A stretch of DNA of 33,905 nucleotides from a virus (lineage: Duplodnaviria > Caudoviricetes), in IMG/VR virus record IMGVR_UViG_3300036546_000144, positions 1 to 33,905 of that record. The stretch is one strand, 5' to 3'. How positions within the stretch are numbered: position 1 is the stretch's first letter; every line of letters begins with the position of its first letter. The translations under genes and the position numbers were made by a program. This document shows positions 18,234 to 25,026 of the stretch, piece by piece. Below the pieces are notes generated by a model, which saw only the letters and a list, made by a program, of their open reading frames with translations, did no database searches and was not told the DNA's origin.

Positions 18234-19357
18234 TTGATAGATGGGGGTTCTTCAAAAGACAGTTTATCGGCATGTAGACCTTTAAGGGTAGACCATTCAC
18301 TGGATGTTACAGTCTGTATATCCAATAAATCAAACTGTTTAAAATCACGTGAACGCTCAAAGGTAATCCGATAGTAACCTTTCTCTAAAACATTCTCAGT
18401 GTCAAACGCAATGGAACCTTCAGAAATCTCCAATAGCATCTGAACGTGGTACAATCGCGTTCTCTTTTTATCCGAAAACGCTGTGGTCATGACTTGTCGG
18501 TAGAAGAAACGACCCACTATTTTGGATGGGTATTTCCATTTCTCTTTACTGTAAGGTACTAACCAACACTCTCCTGACTCTTCAGCATCATACAGGATAC
18601 TTTTATTGGGCCGTAAAACAGTTTCGTTTTCAAACACGTAAATATACCACCCCCCATTCCAGTCGCCCCAATCGTTACTGAAATCGTATAGATCAGAAAC
18701 ATACCCGATCAAACATCCTTTAAGGGTAGGTGCTACAGATACCCTAGGAACTGAACGGTCCTCTTTATTAGCAGTGCGCCTAGAAACGCTGGGTATAAAG
18801 TGTTTAATCTTAGGGTCGGTCGGGATATGAAAAAGTCGTTCGTGGTGTTCGACCGTAACTTTTTTCTTTAATGTTGGATAAGCCGTGTCTAAATATGTCT
18901 GCAGTTTCTCATTATCACTCTCTTGAGATTCCATGGTGATACTAACCCTAAAGTGTTTTATAAAATCGAGTATTCCCGGATAATCGTTAAACCTGACCCT
19001 TAACCCGTCGTCCCAGACTTGTTGGATGTTTTCCGACTGGGTGCCCCACTTCAGGTTATTGGGTTTAACGTTGGTTCGATCATTATCCAAGTGTAAGACA
19101 ACCGCACCGTCAAAGGGTGGTGGTCCTTTAAACGCTAGACACATGATGATGTGTAGGTACTCTAACGTATGTCGTTTGGCCCCGTCACGGTATACCGCCA
19201 CACGAAGGTAGCGACCACTCATAGAGCCCTTAGACACCCTCCCTGTCTTTTTGGTGAGGATCTCCCCTCTGGGGTTAGCACAATACCCTGAGAAGCCCGG
19301 AATTTCAAACCAACCCGTATATTGTTTAGAGGGGATGGGATTAAAAATGTCAGTCAT
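18227..19357 (-). CDS. HNH endonuclease (NUMOD4/HNH_3-like) fused to a phiKZ-type head-protein-like domain
   Basis: N-terminal WFEIPGFSGY...LHIIMCLAFKGPPP...VVLHLDNDRTNVKPNNLKWGTQSENIQ; C-terminal LFHI...FIP...EDRSVPRVSVAPTLKGCLIG. Likely start ATG 19357, overlapping the SNase stop. Confidence 0.8.
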   Translation of the reverse strand: MTDIFNPIPSKQYTGWFEIPGFSGYCANPRGEILTKKTGRVSKGSMSGRYLRVAVYRDGAKRHTLEYLHIIMCLAFKGPPPFDGAVVLHLDNDRTNVKPNNLKWGTQSENIQQVWDDGLRVRFNDYPGILDFIKHFRVSITMESQESDNEKLQTYLDTAYPTLKKKVTVEHHERLFHIPTDPKIKHFIPSVSRRTANKEDRSVPRVSVAPTLKGCLIGYVSDLYDFSNDWGDWNGGWYIYVFENETVLRPNKSILYDAEESGECWLVPYSKEKWKYPSKIVGRFFYRQVMTTAFSDKKRTRLYHVQMLLEISEGSIAFDTENVLEKGYYRITFERSRDFKQFDLLDIQTVTSSEWSTLKGLHADKLSFEEPPSIKW

Positions 19358-19772
19358 GGTAACTACCCAATTTTTCGAACCCTTCTTCAATCAGGATGTC
19401 TTTCAGTAAACGATTGTCAGGGAGTATCACATTCCCCTCAACGCGATTATAGACACCCCAGCCCCATACTTTTAAACGCAACGGTTTTTGAGACAACAGT
19501 TCAGTCGCCCGTACAGTTGCAGCTTCACCGTGGGTGCGTTCTGCTTCTGTTTTGGGTCGCCACGTTTCTGGTGCATCAAAATCCTTAATGCGGACTCGCT
19601 GATCGGTTCGGATACCCAAACCCAAGTCGATTTCAAAATCCATAGTGTCAGCATCCACAATGTTCGTGAGTCTGACTGGAAAGACGTGCGTGGGGTACTC
19701 TTCTGCGATGACGGGGTGACAATGGGTCAGTACCGAGGATAAAATAATGAGTATAAATTTCTTAAACACCAC
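19350..19772 (-). CDS. Thermonuclease (SNase) family protein with an N-terminal signal/membrane segment
   Basis: IVDADT, VRIKDFDAPE and GVYNRV correspond to the SNase DGDT / RLxGIDAPE / D-K-Y-G-R motifs. Confidence 0.85.
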   Translation of the reverse strand: MVFKKFILIILSSVLTHCHPVIAEEYPTHVFPVRLTNIVDADTMDFEIDLGLGIRTDQRVRIKDFDAPETWRPKTEAERTHGEAATVRATELLSQKPLRLKVWGWGVYNRVEGNVILPDNRLLKDILIEEGFEKLGSYHD

Positions 19773-19774
19773 TT

Positions 19775-20575
19775 TTATCCTCTACTTATTTGAAGCTTTA
19801 AGTGCCGTTTGAACGCTTCCGGGTCATTGAACAGGGCAACCTTCTGCCAGACTTCATTGAAATGTTGTTCGTAAAGTTCATTAGCATCGGCGTAACCGTC
19901 TACGATTTCTTTAAACCGACCTAAACTCACACCGCCCGACAATTCAGCCTGGTCAATTTCAATAACCAGCTTATTAAAGATATAAGCCTTGGTAGCAAAT
20001 TCAACCAGTTTACTGAATGCGGGAATGGATTGAGGTTTCAGGTGACTGAATTCGGAATCCGCTTCTAAAACACAGCGTAAGAACAACATACCGGGTAAAC
20101 GCATCGTGTCGCGCACCAGAACCGTGTTCTCACCGATTAAACTGACGTAGGCGGTAGACGTCATGGGTATAGGCAAATGCGCCGCTACAAGCCCGTCTGC
20201 AGCGTCCATCAGCGCACTCCCTTTAAACTGCTGTGGGTTAGTGTAACCTATAACGCCGTTCTGACCAAAACTCAAATGGAGCACCTTGCTGATAGTTCTT
20301 CCCTGGGTCATGCTCTTAGGGATACGGTAAACCGTATTGTAGGTATCAATGTGTTTAGGCACGACATTGTACAGAGGCAACGTGGTTTCAGTACCCCCCA
20401 CCAAATTACAGTCCGGAATAACACGGTCGTTAATGACCTCTTCACGGATACGGTAGTCCAGAGATACTGGGGTGTGGATACCGCCTAACGCAGTGTTCTT
20501 TATAAAAGCGCGTTCTAAAATCTGTCGGGGAATACGGTTTTTAACGTCCGATAACGCTTTCTGAATGGCATTCAT
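19775..20575 (-). CDS. Conserved phiKZ-family core protein (probably gp42-like)
   Basis: 266 aa; MNAIQKALSDVKNRIPRQIL...ATKAYIFNKL; AGGAG RBS; divergent from PhuZ. Number assignment from recall. Confidence 0.6.
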   Translation of the reverse strand: MNAIQKALSDVKNRIPRQILERAFIKNTALGGIHTPVSLDYRIREEVINDRVIPDCNLVGGTETTLPLYNVVPKHIDTYNTVYRIPKSMTQGRTISKVLHLSFGQNGVIGYTNPQQFKGSALMDAADGLVAAHLPIPMTSTAYVSLIGENTVLVRDTMRLPGMLFLRCVLEADSEFSHLKPQSIPAFSKLVEFATKAYIFNKLVIEIDQAELSGGVSLGRFKEIVDGYADANELYEQHFNEVWQKVALFNDPEAFKRHLKLQISRG

Positions 20576-20705
20576 CGTCAGTCTCCTGTAGGGGATAATC
20601 AGTAAATAATAATTGACCTTCTCTATAGTTTAGAGCATCAAAAACGGTAATACTGTGAAGTAACCCGCTTTTCATTGACACTTTCCCATTAACAGGAGAA
20701 TTTAG

Positions 20706-21674
20706 ATGTCAACAGCTAATAAAGGTACAATTCGTCTTTACGGTGCAGGTGGTGCCGGGATTAACTGTATCTCCATTTTCAATAATGTCGAAGAAGTACC
20801 TGGTTGCGCTAAAATCCTAACCAGTTACATTGACACCAGTCGCTCTAACCTGAAGCCCGAATTCAAAGAAGACGATTGTTACCTTTTGAAAGGAGTGGAT
20901 GGTTCTGGTAAAATCCGTCGGGAAAACCACCGTGAAATCTCAGAGTCCATTAAACAGATTCTTTTGGAGCACAAACCCGGTGACTTCAATGTGGTGGTCT
21001 CTTCAGCGTCTGGTGGTTCAGGGAGTGTCCTGGCTCCGCTCTTGCTGGCCGAGTTGCTCAAACGCGGCGAGTCTGTTGTGTACTGTCTGATTGGTTCAGC
21101 CGAGTGTACGGTCACCGCCACCAACACACTGAATACCCTGAAATCAATCGCTGCAATCTCTGAACGCAACGACGTTCCTGCTATTGTTTATTATGAACAC
21201 AATGACGATCGCCCGCGCAGCGAAGTAGATACCTCTATCCGTTACGCCATCGCGACCCTGGCTAACCTGAGTTCACGTCAGAACACAGAACTAGACAGTA
21301 AAGACATTTCCAACTGGGTACGTTTCAATTACAGTACAGGCGTACCGGCCCAGTTAGCACTCCTGGATGTTTTCACTGACCCGGACCAGGTGTCATTGGT
21401 TAAAGACCCAATCTCCATTGCCAGCCTTTACAACGACCCCGACCAAACCAAGGTTAAAGCAACACCTGAATACAGCTGTGTGGGCTATATGACCAACAAA
21501 CCCAAAGACTATGACCAGATTCACTTGGTTATCTCGACTGAAGGTTTGGAAGGGATCTACGACAAGATTGGTGAAACAGTTAACAGCTATGTTGAACGTC
21601 GTGAAGGTCGCCAAGCCAAACTTCGCATCGTCAGTGAGAATGATAATGTGACTGACGATTACCTCGTACTTTAA
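20706..21674 (+). CDS. phuZ: Phage tubulin PhuZ
   Basis: YGAGGAG loop, IDTS, G(S)GK(I)R, tubulin signature SASGGSGS, ELDSKD T7-like loop, acidic C-tail DDYLVL. Confidence 0.92.
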   Translation: MSTANKGTIRLYGAGGAGINCISIFNNVEEVPGCAKILTSYIDTSRSNLKPEFKEDDCYLLKGVDGSGKIRRENHREISESIKQILLEHKPGDFNVVVSSASGGSGSVLAPLLLAELLKRGESVVYCLIGSAECTVTATNTLNTLKSIAAISERNDVPAIVYYEHNDDRPRSEVDTSIRYAIATLANLSSRQNTELDSKDISNWVRFNYSTGVPAQLALLDVFTDPDQVSLVKDPISIASLYNDPDQTKVKATPEYSCVGYMTNKPKDYDQIHLVISTEGLEGIYDKIGETVNSYVERREGRQAKLRIVSENDNVTDDYLVL

Positions 21675-21898
21675 TGAATAGGTGTTACATGACCACTGGA
21701 TTGTTTGTGTGTGAAAGCTGTAACTGTGTGGACCATATTGAATTGGCGTACACGGTACAGGAGAGACAGTACGACCACGCCCAGTGGTTGTGTACAGAAT
21801 GTCAAGGAAAACCTTGGCATAACCAATTCCCTAAACTCCCTTTCGATGAAACAGAAGACAACGTTGTAAACTACCCCAGTGGAATTGGTCTGGGTTAA
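21674..21898 (+). CDS. Small Zn-finger-like protein
   Basis: CESCNC...CTEC...WHNQFPK; start overlaps the phuZ stop. Confidence 0.7.
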   Translation: MNRCYMTTGLFVCESCNCVDHIELAYTVQERQYDHAQWLCTECQGKPWHNQFPKLPFDETEDNVVNYPSGIGLG

Positions 21899-21902
21899 TG
21901 TG

Positions 21903-22068
21903 TATAGTATGCAAGTGTTAGTTCCTTTTCTGTCGATGCGCTGCTCTTTAACAAATCGGACTAAAGAACGGGTTTATACAAACCCGTTCTTAAACTTGTC
22001 GATCGTCTTTACGGTCTTCTTAAGCATTCGTAAATCGTATGAATGCGACCCTTGAATGGGTCACTATA
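21903..22068 (+). ncRNA. Candidate structured RNA (~165 nt, five stems)
   Basis: Consecutive stems TTAGTTCC/GGACTAA, AAGAACGGGTTT/AAACCCGTTCTT, GATCGT/ACGGTC, GCATTCGTA/TATGAATGC and GACCC/GGGTC, closed by TATAGT/ACTATA; followed by a terminator. Confidence 0.45.
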
Positions 22069-22075
22069 GAGAGAA

Positions 22076-22106
22076 CCTCCCCTTATTAGGGGAGGATTTC
22101 CTTTTT
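22076..22106 (+). terminator. Probable intrinsic terminator
   Basis: CCTCCCCT-TATT-AGGGGAGG followed by ATTTCCTTTTT. Confidence 0.65.
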
Positions 22107-22154
22107 ATGCTCTAAATTATGAAGGTTACCTTTAATAAAGTATAGGACTTTAAA

Positions 22155-22874
22155 ATGTTTGAGAGAATGTTACTCTCCGGTACAGCCGGAGGGAAAGGAA
22201 AAGGGAGAAAACTAGGACTGTTTAACCGACCCTTACTCGCCAGTGACGGAGGCGTGGACTGGTATGGGGAGGTTACGAGTGAGGAATTGATTGATGGGGT
22301 AGGTTTAGCCAGTCTGATAGGGTTAACCGCAGGTACAGCTCAGTATCCCGATGCAGGTTGGCTCCACGTAGGACTGGATGGTGGACCGGATCTCTTTGTT
22401 GCGAAGAAGCCTTTGCGCTACAACCTGACAGCGGCAGAGGCAAAGGTCGCAGGTCTGTATTTGGGACATGAAATCGAGATTGAGGGTGTCAGATACCGCG
22501 TACGTAATCTGGAGGGTGTTAATAAAAATGCCACATACGGCAGCAACACAACCTTGTACGACTCTGTCGAAACCCATGGGACCGAATGGAATCGGATCAT
22601 GTACCGATTGGTGAAGCCTTCAGAAATAGGCAGCCAGATCGCGTCTGATACCACAGTGTCCGAAGGTGAATATGTACCGTTGGCATCCTATAGTTATGAT
22701 GAGCTTGGCATAAACGCTATGAATGGATCACTGTCCATCACGAATGTTCGAGGTCGGCCGGACGTTAATGCATTCTTCAGAGGAGGTGGAGCGGTCTCGT
22801 CAGTACATAAATCGACAACTTATAGCTATAGTGGCACAAATCGCGGCTGGCGTCCTGTACTCGAGCGTGTGTAA
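22155..22874 (+). CDS. MFERMLLSG paralog family copy 2
   Basis: Same conserved blocks as copies 1 and 3; ends GWRPVLERV. Confidence 0.75.
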   Translation: MFERMLLSGTAGGKGKGRKLGLFNRPLLASDGGVDWYGEVTSEELIDGVGLASLIGLTAGTAQYPDAGWLHVGLDGGPDLFVAKKPLRYNLTAAEAKVAGLYLGHEIEIEGVRYRVRNLEGVNKNATYGSNTTLYDSVETHGTEWNRIMYRLVKPSEIGSQIASDTTVSEGEYVPLASYSYDELGINAMNGSLSITNVRGRPDVNAFFRGGGAVSSVHKSTTYSYSGTNRGWRPVLERV

Positions 22875-22883
22875 AAAACTACA

Positions 22884-23392
22884 TAGGACCAGATGATATA
22901 GACGACAAGTACGTCTTAGGTCCTAGGTTAATCTCTAGAGGGATTGAAAATTTAAACCTTATTACTGAGGTAGCGCTTGGTGATATAAAGAGATGCGCCC
23001 ACACTACGTTAGCTGACGAGTTGGGAAGTTGTAAACGAAAACCATAAGAGAGTGAAACTTCGCCGATATAGGTTTTGCTTAAGGTTCAGTGTGCAGCCTT
23101 TAAGGTATCAACAGGTAAATGTCGACCACTACTTCTGGTACCTTAATGGAAGCACGTTGGTGTGTTGCGTAAACGAGTGAGGTGCAATCGGAGTTTTCTG
23201 ATTCCTTTGGCCGATTGTAGGGGGTTGCGGGACCCCACCAAACTTGTACCCGGCTTTTAATCCGACTCGGTGTTCGAGGAGTAGACTGCAACTCTTCTTT
23301 TAGTGAGGTTTCCGGTATAACCTCGTTCACTGGTACACTGAGTCGTTTTAAGAGTATGACATTCCGTAGGACGGGGTAGCGGACCTTTTCAA
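22884..23392 (+). ncRNA. Candidate large ornate non-coding RNA (~520 nt)
   Basis: No credible ORF; at least nine stems with G-U pairs on the + strand, including a long-range helix TTCAGTGTGC/GTACACTGAG; ends at a strong terminator; about 1 kb from the tRNAs. Confidence 0.55.
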
Positions 23393-23393
23393 A

Positions 23394-23429
23394 AATTCAG
23401 CGGGGCGAAATCTCCGCTGAATTATTTTT
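23394..23429 (+). terminator. Intrinsic terminator
   Basis: AATTCAGCGGGG-CGAAAT-CTCCGCTGAATT followed by ATTTTT. Confidence 0.8.
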
Positions 23430-23458
23430 GCGTTTAAGAAGGACTAGAGGAAAAGAAT

Positions 23459-23932
23459 ATGTATTCAACATATCTTAGTGCGCTAAATGATTTATCTGGT
23501 ATAATGGACTCCGTCTATAACACTGTATGTGATTATGCTGAACATATGCCACAGGTGTTAATAAAAGAATTTCGAACAGCAATAGTACACGGACCCAGAC
23601 AGACCGGTAAAAGTCGAGCAGCGGTGAATTTCTATAGTAACCAAGAGTGTGCTATACTGGTAGTGCCTAACCGGGTCCATGTTGTATCAATGAAGCAATG
23701 CGTTAACCACGTGTTTGTCGAAACAACTTTGTCAAAATCGCAAAGCGAAAAAATAATCACGGCATCAAAATTACTCAAGCTGCTAAATGAATATGATTCA
23801 ACACTTTTAAAGGAAACCGACATTTTTGTTTTGGACATCATGGGTAGTCCTGAAGAAGGTGAGCTGATATCCAGTTTAACGGATTGGCTAACAAAAAATA
23901 AACGATTTAAAAGTAAAGTTTTTATTTTATAA
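23459..23932 (+). CDS. Small P-loop protein with a terminase-like Walker A
   Basis: IVHGPRQTGKS, AILVVPN and DIFVLD (Walker B-like); GAGGA RBS. Confidence 0.7.
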   Translation: MYSTYLSALNDLSGIMDSVYNTVCDYAEHMPQVLIKEFRTAIVHGPRQTGKSRAAVNFYSNQECAILVVPNRVHVVSMKQCVNHVFVETTLSKSQSEKIITASKLLKLLNEYDSTLLKETDIFVLDIMGSPEEGELISSLTDWLTKNKRFKSKVFIL

Positions 23933-23937
23933 AAAAA

Positions 23938-23961
23938 AAAGACAGGCTGCAGCCTGTCTTT
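23938..23961. terminator. Terminator-like palindrome
   Basis: AAAGACAGGCTGCAGCCTGTCTTT perfect palindrome after the stop codon. Confidence 0.6.
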
Positions 23962-23971
23962 CTATGCTGTT

Positions 23972-23996
23972 TAAAATTAATTCAGGTATATATTAT
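23972..23996 (+). promoter_or_regulatory. Phage early promoter motif, copy 5 (upstream of the tRNA region)
   Basis: TAAAATTAATTCAGGTATATATTAT, identical to copy 6. Confidence 0.75.
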
Positions 23997-24471
23997 CAAA
24001 TTGAACCAATAACCTTAATGAAGGCGAACACATGATTAACTATTACGGTATACTTAAAGAGGTCCTATCTCCAACGCCATAAAAGTGATGTTAGCTAACT
24101 ACGCTGACCCCTAGTAAGATTAAAATTTTTGAACTGTAAGGAAAAGAACATGTTCACAGAACCGATGGCGGGAGAGGCTCGTATTGTGTGGTCACACGTA
24201 AGATGGCTGAAATTACAGAATCGGTCAGACCCATTTACTTACTAAAGTAAAAAAATACTTCCCTTCTAAACGTATGACGAACTAACATTCGTTCAAACAT
24301 AGTGAATACCTCCTGTTGTAGATCGGAGGGTGAAATTAAGTAACCCTCCACCCACTTAGAAACTCGTGTTCGGGTAAATATGGTAAAAGCGTTCAGAGTA
24401 ATGGGGAAACGTTAGGTCGCCTTGAACTAACGTTATCCTATTAAAAAAAAAAGACTGATTAAAAGTTTTAT

Positions 24472-24558
24472 ACGGGTATGGCCAAATCGGTAAAGGCAAC
24501 AGATTTAAAATCTGTCGGTGTTAGCACCTTGCGAGTTCGAGTCTCGCTACCCGTACCA
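24472..24558 (+). tRNA. tRNA-Leu (anticodon UAA)
   Basis: Acceptor ACGGGTA/TACCCGT + A + CCA; anticodon arm ACAGA-TTTAAAA-TCTGT; long variable arm GGTG-TTAG-CACC; T arm GCGAG-TTCGAGT-CTCGC. Confidence 0.95.
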
Positions 24559-24562
24559 CTAT

Positions 24563-24639
24563 GATCCTGTCTAACAAAACAAAACGAACCCACTCGTTGA
24601 CTGGTAACTTCAGAAACTACCATCGCGTTAGACAGGGTC
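24563..24639 (+). ncRNA. Candidate small three-way-junction RNA within the tRNA cluster
   Basis: 13-bp closing stem GATCCTGTCTAAC/GTTAGACAGGGTC enclosing the hairpins AACGA/TCGTT and TGGTA/TACCA. Confidence 0.5.
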
Positions 24640-24728
24640 TCACTATTAGGGCCTATAGCTCAGTTGGTCAAGAGCATCCGTAAAAAAATATTATTTGTAT
24701 GTGTGCTCTAACCAAAGCATAATTAGTT

Positions 24729-24805
24729 GTCCCTGTAGCTTAGCGGTCTAAAACAGCAAGCTCATAACTTGTAAATCGTGGGTTCAAATCCCACCGGGGA
24801 CACCA
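24729..24805 (+). tRNA. tRNA with CAU anticodon (elongator Met or Ile2), nested inside the split tRNA
   Basis: Acceptor GTCCCTG/CGGGGAC + A + CCA; anticodon arm GCAAG-CTCATAA-CTTGT; T arm GTGGG-TTCAAAT-CCCAC. One D-stem mismatch; lacks the initiator 3 G-C pairs. Confidence 0.9.
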
Positions 24806-24829
24806 CTTAAAAATTTTAAGGATTATGCT

Positions 24830-24881
24830 ATGAAAACCAAAATAGAACTAGACTACCCATACACCAAAAGATGGAAAACAG
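24830..24881 (+). pseudogene. N-terminal remnant of a probable HNH homing endonuclease
   Basis: AAGGA RBS; MKTKIELDYPYTKRWKT resembles the start (KIxLEYP..W.xGY) of HNH genes I recall from phage tRNA clusters; the frame then runs into the tRNA 3' half. Confidence 0.5.
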
Positions 24882-24931
24882 AATCCATTGGTCACAGGTT
24901 CAAGTCCTGTTGGGCCCACCATACATTAAAT

Positions 24932-24960
24932 AAAAGGAAAGGGTTTGACCTTTCCTTTTT
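24932..24960 (+). terminator. Terminator of the tRNA cluster
   Basis: AAAAGGAAAGG-GTTTGA-CCTTTCCTTTTT. Confidence 0.8.
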
Positions 24961-25026
24961 ATGCCGACAACCCTAAGGACGGTGTGAATTTTGAACGTTA
25001 CTTTTCACTTTGTAAGGAATCAATAA

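Larger units (their letters stand above)
24677..24881 (+). mobile_element. Insert in the tRNA: anti-D-arm segment, intact tRNA(CAU) and truncated HNH-like ORF
   Basis: Bounded by the two tRNA halves; TGCTCTAACCAA at 24704-24715; tRNA at 24729-24805; RBS plus MKTKIELDYPYTKRWKT at 24830-24880. Confidence 0.6.
24649..24921 (+). pseudogene. Interrupted tRNA gene (Ile2/Met-like): 5' half 24649-24676, 3' half 24882-24921, anticodon missing
   Basis: The 5' GGGCCTA-TA-GCTC-AGTTGGTCAA-GAGC-A pairs 7/7 (one G-U) with the 3' TGGGCCC-A-CCA. The 3' half is AA-TCCAT-TGGTC-ACAGG-TTCAAGT-CCTGT. Confidence 0.85.

Noticed and set aside
23100-23330. 76-aa minus-strand ORF
   Set aside because: No RBS, no recognisable motif, and it lies antisense within the structured RNA candidate.
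22884-23392. tmRNA, RNase P RNA or group I intron as the identity of the large structured region
   Set aside because: No T-arm GTTC(G/A)A before the ACCA and no tag-reading frame context; no GAGGAAAGTCC RNase P motif despite a CCCGGCTT near 23249; no interrupted gene and no recognisable P7 R/S elements.
24871-24888. ATGGA-AAACAGAA-TCCAT as a rebuilt anticodon arm for the split tRNA
   Set aside because: The loop is 8 nt and lacks U33, and there is no adjacent D arm. More likely chance or a feature that promoted the deletion.
24649-24921. Self-splicing or archaeal-type tRNA intron
   Set aside because: Joining the halves does not restore an anticodon or a paired anticodon stem (TCCG versus TCCAT); no group I/II core or bulge-helix-bulge motif.
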